Positions 19,654 through 29,988 of a DNA stretch of 59,501 nt are shown piece after piece; positions within the stretch are counted from its first letter, which is position 1; each line of letters begins with the position of its first letter. Made by a program: the position numbers and the translations under genes. Below the pieces are notes generated by a model, which saw nothing but the letters and a program-made list of their open reading frames with translations, made no database searches and had not been told where the DNA came from. This DNA is from Promethearchaeota archaeon (GTDB lineage: Archaea; Asgardarchaeota; Lokiarchaeia; Sigyniarchaeales; SOKP01): assembly GCA_048938445.1 (NCBI GenBank), contig JBHLME010000008.1:1-59501 (forward strand), written 5' to 3'.

Positions 19654-21555
19654 ATGTGTGGAATATTTGGCATTGTAACAAATCAGAACATATCCATTGG
19701 AAAAATAGTACTTGATGGAATAAAACGCTTGGAATATCGTGGCTACGATTCATGTGGTATAGTATCTTTAGATAATGGGAAATTATATATAAAAAAAGAC
19801 TCGGGTAAGATATCTGAGATTCATAAAAAAAGAAAATTAGATGATTTTCCAGGAAAGCTTGCTTTAGCTCATACAAGATGGGCAACTCATGGCGCGCCTA
19901 CTAAAATTAATAGTCATCCCCATGTAGATTGTTCAGGGAAAATTGCTATAATTCATAATGGAATCATCGAAAACTTTATAGAACTTAAAGATTATCTCAT
20001 TTCAAAAGGACATGAATTTAAATCAGAGACAGATACGGAAATTATTCCACATTTAATTGAAGATTTGATGAAAGAAGGATTGGACTTTCAATCTGCTGTG
20101 TTTAAGGCTTTGAAAAAGTGTATTGGAGCATACGGAGTTGCTATATGCCATGTCGATCATCCAGACAAAATTTATGTTGTAAGAAAAGAATCTCCTTTAG
20201 TGATTGGAATTGAAAAGGGAAAAACAACATATTGTGCTTCTGATATTCCCGCATTTCTTCCCTACACTCGTACATGTTATATTCTTGATGATGATGAACT
20301 TGCCATTTTAACACCTGGAGAAGTAGATTTTTATGAATTAGTTACACAAAAAAAGGTTGAAAAAAGCCCTAGACAAATTGATTGGTCGATTGATGCTGCA
20401 GAAAAGGGTGGATATGAACATTTCATGTTAAAAGAAATTCACGAGCAACCTGAAGCATTAAAGCGAACATTGACAATTCCACAAGAAGATCTTAAGGTTT
20501 TTGCAGACATTCTTCTTTCTGCTAGAAATATTTTTATTACTGCAGCAGGTACTTCTTACCATGCATCTTTAGCTGGAAAATTTATCATTTCTAAATTTCT
20601 CGGAAAATACATCCAAGAATTGGAATGTTCTGAATTCCAAACTCAACTCTCAAATTGTTTGGAACAAGAGTCAGTTATAATAGCCCTTTCACAATCTGGA
20701 GAAACCGTTGACACAATTGAAGCGATTCGATGGGCAAAACAAGCTGCTAAAGCAAAGATTTTAACAATTACAAACATTGTAGGGTCCTCATTAACGAGAT
20801 ATTCTGACCATGTCATTGTAACTCGTGCTGGACCAGAGATCGGAGTTGCAGCAACAAAAACATATACTACTCAAGTATTAACTCTGGCTTTAATCGCTAT
20901 AGAGATCGCTAAAAAGAGAAATATTATACAAATTAATGAAATAGAGAATTATTATAGTGCTCTAAAAGCGTCCCCTGATATCGTAAAAAATTTTTTAACT
21001 AATAATATTAGTTTAATAAAAAGTATAGTAAAAGATTTAGGAAAAAGTCATAAGTTTTTATTCTTAATGCGCTTAATACAAAAATTTTCAAAGAAGTTAA
21101 AAAAAAATCATAATTTCTTCTTCTTAGCACGAGGGATTTCAATCGCGACGGCAAAAGAGGGAGGATTAAAAATGAAAGAAGTAGCATGTCGATTCATTGA
21201 AGGATATTCAGCAGCTCATGCAAAACATGGCCCCATTTCATTAGTAAGAAAAGGTTTCCCTATAATTTTCATTGCTCCCCCCGATGAGACTTATGATAGG
21301 CTAATTGGGAATGTTGCGGAATTTAAAGCGCGTGGAGGGAAAATAATTTCTTTAGTCGTTAAATCAGATAAATTAATTTCAGATATGAGTCATGTAACAA
21401 TTCCTATTCCCCAACCTGCTGATAAATATCATAATTTAATTAGTCCAATTACATTCATTCCTGCTTTGCAATTACTTGCTTATTATGCTGCTTTAGAACA
21501 CGGATTAGATCCTGACAAACCGCAAAACCTCGCTAAGACAGTAACTGTTCATTAA
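19654..21555 (+). CDS. glmS: Glutamine--fructose-6-phosphate aminotransferase
   Basis: MCGIFG, LEYRGYDS, HTRWATHG, HNGIIEN, SQSGET, KHGP, NLAKTVTV. Confidence 0.97.
   Translation: MCGIFGIVTNQNISIGKIVLDGIKRLEYRGYDSCGIVSLDNGKLYIKKDSGKISEIHKKRKLDDFPGKLALAHTRWATHGAPTKINSHPHVDCSGKIAIIHNGIIENFIELKDYLISKGHEFKSETDTEIIPHLIEDLMKEGLDFQSAVFKALKKCIGAYGVAICHVDHPDKIYVVRKESPLVIGIEKGKTTYCASDIPAFLPYTRTCYILDDDELAILTPGEVDFYELVTQKKVEKSPRQIDWSIDAAEKGGYEHFMLKEIHEQPEALKRTLTIPQEDLKVFADILLSARNIFITAAGTSYHASLAGKFIISKFLGKYIQELECSEFQTQLSNCLEQESVIIALSQSGETVDTIEAIRWAKQAAKAKILTITNIVGSSLTRYSDHVIVTRAGPEIGVAATKTYTTQVLTLALIAIEIAKKRNIIQINEIENYYSALKASPDIVKNFLTNNISLIKSIVKDLGKSHKFLFLMRLIQKFSKKLKKNHNFFFLARGISIATAKEGGLKMKEVACRFIEGYSAAHAKHGPISLVRKGFPIIFIAPPDETYDRLIGNVAEFKARGGKIISLVVKSDKLISDMSHVTIPIPQPADKYHNLISPITFIPALQLLAYYAALEHGLDPDKPQNLAKTVTVH
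21013..21132 (+). repeat. Degenerate in-frame 60-bp tandem duplication in glmS
   Basis: LIKSIVKDLGKSHKFLFLMR / LIQKFSKKLKKNHNFFFLAR; 40/60 nt and 10/20 aa identical by hand count. Confidence 0.75.
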
Positions 21556-21565
21556 AAATGTAGTA

Positions 21566-22336
21566 TCATCTCTCACGATTAATCAACTGCATTAATTCCT
21601 CCTCTGATAAATCCTCTTCGAGTGTAGATTGTGCTTTAATTTGTTCAATTTTTTTCCCTAGAAATATCCATGCATAAAATTGGCTAAATGCAAAGCCCAA
21701 TGAAAGGACAACATTAAAAAATGAATATATTTCTGCTATATAAACATCACCTAAAAATGAAATAAGCAATCCGTGTATTGGGAATAAAAATCCTTGAATC
21801 GCAAGAAATATAGCCGAGATACCGATGTATTTATATCTTAATTTTATATTTATATTAATATTTTCATTTTTAATCATTTTTAGTGAAGAAAATGAAGCTG
21901 AAGAATGCCAAATTGAAGCTATAATAGTCGCCTGACTTAACAAATATAACTCTAGCAAATATAGTGGAATATCATTACTAAAGATTCTAAATATACATGT
22001 TATAGTTGAACCAATCGAGAGTCCTGCTGAAATACTAACTACATACTTAAATATACTTTGTCTATCTTTGTAAAAAGTCTCTTTAGTAAAGATAATTAAA
22101 GATATAAATACGATAAATTCAAGCATATTAAAAACTATATCAATAGGAGGAAAAACTTCTGCACCCATCTTTATAAATCCAACAGAAGAAGTCGCCACTA
22201 ATGAGATAATTAACCATTTTAGATTTGATAATTTAGTTTGTTTCATTCGTATAAATAGTCTAAATAGGAGTAACGCCAGAAATATTAACAATAAGCATGA
22301 TAGAATAATATTTATGATGTTAAAGGGAGAATCCAT
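21566..22336 (-). CDS. Putative 7-TM membrane protein
   Basis: Seven hydrophobic stretches and an acidic tail EEDLSEEEL. Confidence 0.7.
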   Translation of the reverse strand: MDSPFNIINIILSCLLLIFLALLLFRLFIRMKQTKLSNLKWLIISLVATSSVGFIKMGAEVFPPIDIVFNMLEFIVFISLIIFTKETFYKDRQSIFKYVVSISAGLSIGSTITCIFRIFSNDIPLYLLELYLLSQATIIASIWHSSASFSSLKMIKNENININIKLRYKYIGISAIFLAIQGFLFPIHGLLISFLGDVYIAEIYSFFNVVLSLGFAFSQFYAWIFLGKKIEQIKAQSTLEEDLSEEELMQLINRER

Positions 22337-22525
22337 ATCTTCTATACCTTATAAATTGGAAAAAACCTTTAAAAAAATTGAAAAGGAATTTGTTTTTAAA
22401 TCTATTTTTTATAATGTATTTGTAAAAAGTTTTAATAAAAATTGGAGAAATAAATTGTCCCAAAGTTAAAATTAGTTTTTTTTTTAAACTAATATAAAAA
22501 ATTCTATAATTTGATTGAGTATTTT

Positions 22526-24073
22526 CTAAAAAGTTATGTCAGCATAATCCTCTCTAGAGACCTTCTTCCTCACTTCAAAAATATGGGCACTCCAAGAGTT
22601 TAAATCAACATATATTCCATAATATTCGAGATCTTTACCATTATAAGTATATGTTTTATGATTTAGGGTGTCTATGAATATCCAGTCGAATGGACCATAA
22701 TCAATTTTTTTAAGTCTCACGTGCGCTCTACCAAAAAAAGGACTATAGTTCACAACAATAAGTTGACATCTTTGAGAAGTGTTCCATTGATAGGCGATTA
22801 AATTTAAGTATGATTGATCATAATCTGTTAGTGGTTCTACTTCACAGAGCGACCATTCACCCTCTCCAAGTACTCGATCAGGAGCCGCTTTTAATAATCT
22901 TTGATAAAAATCAAATAATTCTACATTGTCGTTTTCTAGAGGTTTTCGTCCTAATTGAACGGGAACTTTAATCTTAGACCCCTTCATCTGTCCTTCATGA
23001 ATTAAACGTGCCCCTGGTAATGTTAATGCAATAACAGCCGCAACTTGAGATCTTCTCTGCCCAAATATTTTATAAGCTCTCTCCTCATCATGATTTTCAA
23101 TAAATCTTAAGAGTTTTTTTTGATAATCCCAATCTGCATTGAGATGTGCTTTAACTGAATTTATATCCTCGTGTGTTAATCGTTCATATAGTTTCTTATC
23201 ATAACAAAAATTAAATCCTTGTTGTTGGAGTTTCCATTCCATATCCCAATATACTTCAGCTAAAAATATAAAATGGGGATATTCATTTTGAACTTCTTGT
23301 ATTATTTCTTCCCAAAATTCCCTTTTTGGAATTGGTCCTGCTCTTTCACCCCATATATTGCTAAATACTTCATTAGTTACTAACATTGCCATATCACAAC
23401 GTACTCCATCACATTTTGATGCAATATTTATTAGAGTCTTGATTGCTTTTTCACGGGCAACAGGAGAAAATGCATTGATTTGAACTGTATCTGTCCAAGG
23501 TGGAAAATAGGGATCTCTTCCATGCGCATAAACAATGTCATAACTTGTAAAGAATTCATTTGAATGTTCAATTAAGTCATCTTTAGTCCCTGTAATGAAC
23601 ATGTTTGATTTTTCCAGTGTCCAAATATGGTCCACTGAAACATGATTAGGAACGTAATCTAATATTAAAAATTTATCACGTCCCATTAATTGCATTCGAA
23701 AGGCTGCTAAGCCCTCTGACCCTCCTAGATGTGAATCTACATGATAGTAAAAAACAGAATATGGTGAACCTACGACATCCTCAGGAGTAAAATCATTTAA
23801 AGCATTATGATATTCTGCTTGTAAATCAGGATGGTTTAAAGCAATTTCTCTACCTTTAGGACTTCTTTCCCATACGCCCATTAACCATATAGCATCAAAA
23901 TATTTTAAATCTCCTTCATAAATTTCTTCTGGAATGTTATTAAGCGTGATTGGTTTATCAAATCTTTTAGATAATGAATTTAACCAAGGCCATGTATTGA
24001 TTTGAAAAATTTTAGGGTGTTTAGGCCAAGATTTTGTTAATTTGATAGTAGTTTTTCTTTTCAATTTACTCAA
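22526..24073 (-). CDS. GH13 alpha-amylase family protein
   Basis: LDYVPNH, DGVRCDMA, LAEVYW, FIENHDE (conserved GH13 regions). Confidence 0.92.
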   Translation of the reverse strand: MSKLKRKTTIKLTKSWPKHPKIFQINTWPWLNSLSKRFDKPITLNNIPEEIYEGDLKYFDAIWLMGVWERSPKGREIALNHPDLQAEYHNALNDFTPEDVVGSPYSVFYYHVDSHLGGSEGLAAFRMQLMGRDKFLILDYVPNHVSVDHIWTLEKSNMFITGTKDDLIEHSNEFFTSYDIVYAHGRDPYFPPWTDTVQINAFSPVAREKAIKTLINIASKCDGVRCDMAMLVTNEVFSNIWGERAGPIPKREFWEEIIQEVQNEYPHFIFLAEVYWDMEWKLQQQGFNFCYDKKLYERLTHEDINSVKAHLNADWDYQKKLLRFIENHDEERAYKIFGQRRSQVAAVIALTLPGARLIHEGQMKGSKIKVPVQLGRKPLENDNVELFDFYQRLLKAAPDRVLGEGEWSLCEVEPLTDYDQSYLNLIAYQWNTSQRCQLIVVNYSPFFGRAHVRLKKIDYGPFDWIFIDTLNHKTYTYNGKDLEYYGIYVDLNSWSAHIFEVRKKVSREDYADITF

Positions 24074-24274
24074 TGTATATCATTCTTTCTTGAATATAAC
24101 ATAATACTTTTTGTTTAAAAAAATAATTCTCTCAAAAGTTGAATTATTTAATATATAAAGCAAAAAAAAAAAGAAAAAAAATGACTAATCATTCTTGATA
24201 CCTCCCCTAAAAAATAAATATAAATAAAAAATCCTACATAAGTATTATAGAGAAAACTAAAATGGATAATAAAC

Positions 24275-24865
24275 ATGAGTGAAGAAAAAGAAGCATTACG
24301 AAAATTAATAATGTTAATTTCGGAACTGCGTGCGAAGGATGAAGAGAGATATGAAGCACACGTGAATTTCATGAATGAAACAATTAAAATGATTAGTGCT
24401 ATTGAATCTCAAATGAATAAACATTGGTCTACTGTATTGGAATCACTAAAAGAATTGAATGAAAATATTTCAACAAACTTGGATTCATTATTAACTGGTA
24501 TTAATCCAATAGGGTTAAAAGAGACTTCAAAATCATTGAATGAAATTATGGATACTATGAATAAAAGCATTCAATCAATGAATTTAGAAAAAGTCATAAG
24601 TGAACTCAATTACTTGAAAAGTGGTGGAGCCTATGCAATCCAAATGCCTGTTCAAGCAGCTGTTGCTGGAACTGCTCAACCTGAGCAAATAACCGTAGGA
24701 TTAAATCCTCCACCAGGTGGACAAGCTTCTACTGGTTTGAGGTCTCCGGCTGCAGCAAAAGCTAAGAGTGGAGAAGCAGAATGGGTTGATCCTACTGAGA
24801 AACGAGAAGAACAAGATGATGAGGATTCAAGATTACTAAAACCAAGTGATTTTTTTGGTATGTAA
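24275..24865 (+). CDS. Hypothetical protein (helical N-terminus, low-complexity tail)
   Basis: 196 aa, amphipathic N-half, Ala/Pro/Gly-rich linker, C-terminal LLKPSDFFGM. Confidence 0.75.
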   Translation: MSEEKEALRKLIMLISELRAKDEERYEAHVNFMNETIKMISAIESQMNKHWSTVLESLKELNENISTNLDSLLTGINPIGLKETSKSLNEIMDTMNKSIQSMNLEKVISELNYLKSGGAYAIQMPVQAAVAGTAQPEQITVGLNPPPGGQASTGLRSPAAAKAKSGEAEWVDPTEKREEQDDEDSRLLKPSDFFGM

Positions 24866-24964
24866 TTTTTTTGTTTCTTAAAAATTTTTTATAAATTTTA
24901 TTTTAATTAGAAGTCTTTCTTCATTAGTCTATAATTTAGATATTCATTCTAAGTTAAATATCTT

Positions 24965-26305
24965 CTATTGTATGATTTCTATGAATGCTCCTAATCTAGT
25001 TTTAATTTGTTCTATATTTTCTCCAATTTTATTAAAGTTAATAGAAGTAATTGGAATCTCCAATCTTCTCCTAACTTTTTCACGTAACATATTATAACAA
25101 TTACTGATAGAATGGCATCCAAAAAGTTGATTAAAGATTATACCATCAACATCCATTTTTTCAGCCACGTTTAAGTATGAGTTTGTTAGTGTATCATTAT
25201 CCCATCCAACTCTATTATTTGTGGCATTTAAGAGAAAGCGACCGTATTCTTCTATTGGATTTGTATTTTTTGATGAATTAATTTCTTCTAGAAGTCCTAA
25301 GATTTCCCAATCTGCATATAAAGTTCTAGCTCCCATTTCAAATAATATTTCCTGCGTTTTTGGTTCCCATCCTCCAAACATGGGTGTTAATAAAATACGA
25401 GGCATTTTCGATACATCCATTCCAATACCTTTTTTAATCCTCTCACGCATTTCATTTACTAAATTTGTTATATTTTCTAAATATCTCTGACTATTTGAAT
25501 TGTAATCTTGAAATGATATGCTTAACAGCGCCAAAATTTCAGCAAAGGTTGCAGGATTACAAGGATAAAAATCTGATGCACTTATTTCATATATGATTGT
25601 TTTATATTGTTTCTTAACTTGATTGCTTAAATTAAATTGTTTTATTAAATGGTTATCTGTAACTGTAGATCCAGTAATCTCCTCTAATTGGTTTATTGCA
25701 TGTGTAATATTATTACTAACTAATTCTAATGCATTTCCAATATTTCTTGGTGGTATATCAATCCATATTTGTTTCGCTACCAATGGTTTTATGGACTCAT
25801 GATATTTATTAAACGCACTACATCGTATAGTATGATACAAACTTGCTTCCACATTCTTACCCTTTGAAACATGCATTCCATAGAGACCTTTTATTCCATA
25901 GCAGAAATCACTAGAAATACCACTCTCTACAGCAAGATCATCCATTTCATTATATTTTTCATTAATGGTGTTAATGATATCGTCAACTATTTTATCAATA
26001 ACATTCATTGAATCTACTTTTTTAAGAAGGCTCAAAACCTTCGTTGTCAATCCCCAACCTAAAATTGATGATGCAGAATTTAATGCTACTAAATATGGAT
26101 TAAGTTTGAATGATTCCATTCTTATTGGAAACACGGGAACTGCTTCTGATGCAAAAACGATATCTGAAAATCCTAAAACAACAGATATTAGTTTTTTACC
26201 TTCTCTAAATTTTAGTCTTTTTAAATATTCTCTTCCAGCTAAAAAATTATATGCCATTTTTAAAAAGGAGGTGAATCTCACTACATCATCCGCAAATACG
26301 CTCAT
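24965..26305 (-). CDS. 2-hydroxyacyl-CoA dehydratase subunit (HgdA/B family)
   Basis: Three spaced Cys (DFCYGIKG, TIRC, VDGIIFNQLFGCH), C-terminal EQIKTRLGAFIE, operon context. Confidence 0.82.
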   Translation of the reverse strand: MSVFADDVVRFTSFLKMAYNFLAGREYLKRLKFREGKKLISVVLGFSDIVFASEAVPVFPIRMESFKLNPYLVALNSASSILGWGLTTKVLSLLKKVDSMNVIDKIVDDIINTINEKYNEMDDLAVESGISSDFCYGIKGLYGMHVSKGKNVEASLYHTIRCSAFNKYHESIKPLVAKQIWIDIPPRNIGNALELVSNNITHAINQLEEITGSTVTDNHLIKQFNLSNQVKKQYKTIIYEISASDFYPCNPATFAEILALLSISFQDYNSNSQRYLENITNLVNEMRERIKKGIGMDVSKMPRILLTPMFGGWEPKTQEILFEMGARTLYADWEILGLLEEINSSKNTNPIEEYGRFLLNATNNRVGWDNDTLTNSYLNVAEKMDVDGIIFNQLFGCHSISNCYNMLREKVRRRLEIPITSINFNKIGENIEQIKTRLGAFIEIIQ

Positions 26306-27448
26306 TTATCTCATCATCTCCATAAATGCTTCTATCCTAGTCGATAGTTGGCCTCGATTTGCCCTTGAATAATCTCTTTCTAAATTGAGAAATTTAATTC
26401 CTTCTTCCTGAAGTTTTTCTTTTAAGAAAGTTTGAAAAATATTAATATGGTCGCAGAATTTTATAATATGGTTTATTACGCCGGCTCTCTTTCCTGTTTT
26501 TTGTTCATATTCTTCAATTAATTGCTTGATTTGGGTTACTTTATGTTCAAGAAAATTTGGAACAGAATGATCTCCGAATTTATTATTTTCAAATCGCATG
26601 ACAAGAAGATCTATTGCATCTCCTTTTGAATTTAATTGATCATCAGTGAAAACCTGCGAATAATAATTATATCCGATCCATGTATCAAAAAAGATGATAT
26701 TTCCTCCAGCTTCTTCAATTAGATTAATCAAATAATCCCCAATGAACATTGAACACCCCGTAAATATTAAATCAAAGTCCTGTTTACTAAATTCGCTTTT
26801 TTTAGATTTTAATTCAGTAATAATATTTTCTAGGTTATTCATATATGAAGGGCCATATAAAATTGCTTTTTGAAATATATCAAGCTTTTCTGAACCTATA
26901 ATTTTTAAATCCTGCACTTCTGATAGCTTTATTTTAAATCTGTTATATTTTTTTATACTTTTAATAATGTCTTCATTACTAATTTCTCGTCCAATAATAT
27001 TTTCTAATTGTTTTTTTAAATCTAAAAGTTCAATTTTAAAATATTTTAATGCTTCTGAGTTTTGAGTGTAAGCCATGTAAAAATTTAAACGTGGTATGTT
27101 AAAATATTTAGTGATAATCTCAGAAACACATATATCTGATACACAATGATTTGAAACTATGAAATAATCAACTAAATTCAAAAATTCATAATGACGTGGT
27201 TTTTGAGAATATAACCCTATACATGTCTGGGCAAAACTACATGTAGATGCAGGTAAATAATCATTACTTGCACTCATTAACTCATCAGTTCCTGCAAAAC
27301 TCATCCTTAAAGGAATCAATCCTGCTGCATCTATTATCTCCTCAGGAATATTATCATGTCCCATAAACGCAATTATTTTTTTATTTTCTCGCTCTTTACG
27401 TTCTTTTAAATATCTTGAAAATTCAGACAAAAGTTTTATATGTTCCAT
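26306..27448 (-). CDS. 2-hydroxyacyl-CoA dehydratase subunit (HgdA/B family)
   Basis: IPEEIIDAAG, TCSF, NHC, KFCD, GQLSTRIEAFMEM. Confidence 0.88.
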   Translation of the reverse strand: MEHIKLLSEFSRYLKERKERENKKIIAFMGHDNIPEEIIDAAGLIPLRMSFAGTDELMSASNDYLPASTCSFAQTCIGLYSQKPRHYEFLNLVDYFIVSNHCVSDICVSEIITKYFNIPRLNFYMAYTQNSEALKYFKIELLDLKKQLENIIGREISNEDIIKSIKKYNRFKIKLSEVQDLKIIGSEKLDIFQKAILYGPSYMNNLENIITELKSKKSEFSKQDFDLIFTGCSMFIGDYLINLIEEAGGNIIFFDTWIGYNYYSQVFTDDQLNSKGDAIDLLVMRFENNKFGDHSVPNFLEHKVTQIKQLIEEYEQKTGKRAGVINHIIKFCDHINIFQTFLKEKLQEEGIKFLNLERDYSRANRGQLSTRIEAFMEMMR

Positions 27449-27488
27449 TTTAATCTAGACTAATTGTAATTTAAAAATTATATGAATT

Positions 27489-28265
27489 TTATTCATTCAT
27501 TTTATCTTGTGCGATAAGAGCTGCTCCAATCGCACCAGTAAGCTGAGGATATTCAGGGGTTACTATTTCAAAACCTAATTCTACTTCCAAATATTTTTTA
27601 ACAGCAATATTTTGTGCAACACCTCCGCAAAATACTAACAACGGCGCTACTCCAATTCGCTTAGCCATCCCTGCAACTCTTCTTGCTATAGATTTATGAA
27701 TGCCACTGGCAATATCTTGCTTGGAAGTTCCACGAGCAAATAAAGAAATAACTTCGCTTTCAGCAAAGACCGTGCATGTGGAGCTTATTGCTGCAGGATT
27801 ATTAGATTTCAGAGCTAATTCTCCTATGCTTTCTATTGGGACTTCTAATGCATGAGCCATGACTTCAAGAAAACGACCAGTTCCTGCAGCACATTTATCA
27901 TTCATTTGAAAATCAATGACATTTCCGTTCTTTTTTGAAATTAAAATTGCTTTACTATCTTGACCTCCAATATCAATGACTGAGTGTGCCTCTGGAAAAA
28001 AAAATTGAACTCCTTTAGCATGAGCCGTGATTTCAGTAATCCGGTCATCTGCTATATCTATTGAATTCCTTCCATATCCCGTAGACATTACAAAAACATC
28101 GCTACGTTTTAAGTTATTTTTTTCTAGTAGGTCATTAAATAAATTGTTTCCAATTCTTTTAAAATCATACGTAGATCTATCAATCCGATGATCAATCATC
28201 TCTCTATCATTCATTAAAACAAGTTTTGATGCTAAAGAACCAATATCAATTCCAATTGTTATCAA
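27489..28265 (-). CDS. 2-hydroxyacyl-CoA dehydratase activator (HgdC/BadF ASKHA ATPase)
   Basis: GIDIGS, TGYGR, DIGGQDSK, MNDKCAAGTGRFLE, SSTCTVFAESE. Confidence 0.93.
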   Translation of the reverse strand: MITIGIDIGSLASKLVLMNDREMIDHRIDRSTYDFKRIGNNLFNDLLEKNNLKRSDVFVMSTGYGRNSIDIADDRITEITAHAKGVQFFFPEAHSVIDIGGQDSKAILISKKNGNVIDFQMNDKCAAGTGRFLEVMAHALEVPIESIGELALKSNNPAAISSTCTVFAESEVISLFARGTSKQDIASGIHKSIARRVAGMAKRIGVAPLLVFCGGVAQNIAVKKYLEVELGFEIVTPEYPQLTGAIGAALIAQDKMNE

Positions 28266-28385
28266 AATCCTTCTTCTCTTTTGACAATTTGTTTATCGTA
28301 GTTGTTCAAAATGTTATTTTTTAGAATTTATCAAATCATTAAAATTTATGTTTAATAAAATAAATGATCATTTAAGTTAAATAGT

Positions 28386-29106
28386 TCATATCAGATCATA
28401 ACCAAGAAATATTACAACAACTATAATAGTTAAAATGAATGCAGCAAGCATTTGTAGTATATTTTTAATAATTGATTCTTTTGAAACGATTCCTAAATAT
28501 ATACCCAGAAAAATTATGCATGTGAAAATGATAATAAATGAAATAATAAAGATAATAATATTCGCCTCAATTACAAATATGAAAGGAATTAATGGGATCA
28601 AACCACCTAAAAACGGGGCTCCTCCATTAACAAATGCAACAATTACTCCTGCAAAACGTTCGGCTTTTTGACGAATAGATTTTACATTTTTTTTTTTTTT
28701 TACCTATATGAGTCATTTTTTTTAAATTTACTGGTTTTAACATTGCTTTTTTTAGTTCTTCTTCTTTTTTTTTCACATCCTCTTCTTCTACTTTAGCTAT
28801 TTCAGTGATGACCATGGCTTTATTTAATTCATCTTGACTTTTTTTCTGTTCAGCTCTTTCGGATAAATATGAACCAGATATTCCTGAAATGAACATAGAT
28901 ATAGCAGTACTGATTCCAGGTAATATTACTAAAGCAGAATCAATAGTAGGATTAGCAGGATGTAATACAACAACAAAAAATCCTAATAGTATCCCAAGAA
29001 TTGTTAAGGCACCATCATAAAAATTATTTATGAAATATCTTCGTGCAATTTTACTAAAATTAGTAATTTCATTATATGTCTTAATGGTCTTTCTAATTTT
29101 TGACAT
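28386..29106 (-). pseudogene. VIT1/CCC1-family transporter, frameshifted at an A15 homopolymer
   Basis: The 5' part has RRYFINNFYDGALT and GSYLSERAE. After the run at 28687-28701 another frame reads KSIRQKAERFAGVIVAFVNGGAPFLGGLIPLIPF, matching the adjacent paralog. Confidence 0.85.
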
Positions 29107-29186
29107 TTTTTTTAAATCTATCTCCTTTTAAGGAAGATAAAAACATTCCTAATCCGAATAAAATTATATATAAATATATGGAATCT

Positions 29187-29208
29187 TGAAATAAAAACTA
29201 TTATTTTT
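29187..29208. promoter_or_regulatory. 22-bp motif copy 1 (putative operator)
   Basis: TGAAATAAAAACTATTATTTTT, identical to 30277-30298, about 80 bp upstream of the split VIT1 gene. Confidence 0.55.
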
Positions 29209-29283
29209 GTTTTTCATTTTACGTCATTTATCAAAAATATTAAAAAATAGATTCATATTATAAAGTTTTTATTAAAAAACTTG

Positions 29284-29988
29284 TTAGGTAAATTGACCTA
29301 ATATCAAAGTTATTATCAATGTTACTACACCTGCTACAACAAGATTAACTGCATAATAAACACGCCTTCCACCGGATATATTTCCAAGAAATACACCCAA
29401 GTAAATTAATAAACCTGCTAAAATTATATATGAGAATATAAAATGCATATATGATAATTCTAACCCTATGAAAAATGGTATTAAAGGAAGGACTGAACCT
29501 AATACAGGAGCTAAGCCATCTACAAGTGAAGCTATAATTGTAGCGAAATTTTCAGCTTTTTGAATAATACTTTTTTCTTTCTCTCTTTTTTTTTTTATAT
29601 TTTTTAGCTCAATATATTTAATATTTATACTTCCGACCATTGCTTTCTGTATTTCAACATTATCAACTTTTTGTATTTCATCATCGAGAACCACCATTTC
29701 CTTCTTTAAATCTATCATTTTTTTCTTACGTTCAGCTTCTTCAGATAAAAATGCCCCCCATATTCCACTGATACCTATAGCTAGTGCTGTAGCCAAACCT
29801 GTGATCACAATAATTCTTGAAGTTATAGGTGTTCCCGCAAGATATGATATAAACATACCACTTACAATCCCCGCACATGTTAATGCTCCGTCGAAGCAAT
29901 TATTAAAAAATTTGCGTCGTGCTATTATTCCAAGTTCACTAATTTTTCCATAATTTTTCCATTTATCTAAATTTTTTTTAAATCTCAT
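29284..29988 (-). CDS. VIT1/CCC1-family transporter
   Basis: RRKFFNNCFDGALT, GISGIWGAFLSEEAE, GSVLPLIPFF, about 5 TMs. Confidence 0.85.
   Translation of the reverse strand: MRFKKNLDKWKNYGKISELGIIARRKFFNNCFDGALTCAGIVSGMFISYLAGTPITSRIIVITGLATALAIGISGIWGAFLSEEAERKKKMIDLKKEMVVLDDEIQKVDNVEIQKAMVGSINIKYIELKNIKKKREKEKSIIQKAENFATIIASLVDGLAPVLGSVLPLIPFFIGLELSYMHFIFSYIILAGLLIYLGVFLGNISGGRRVYYAVNLVVAGVVTLIITLILGQFT

Noticed and set aside
24148-24372. 74-aa minus-strand ORF over A-rich tract
   Set aside because: Low-complexity promoter DNA overlapping a real gene.
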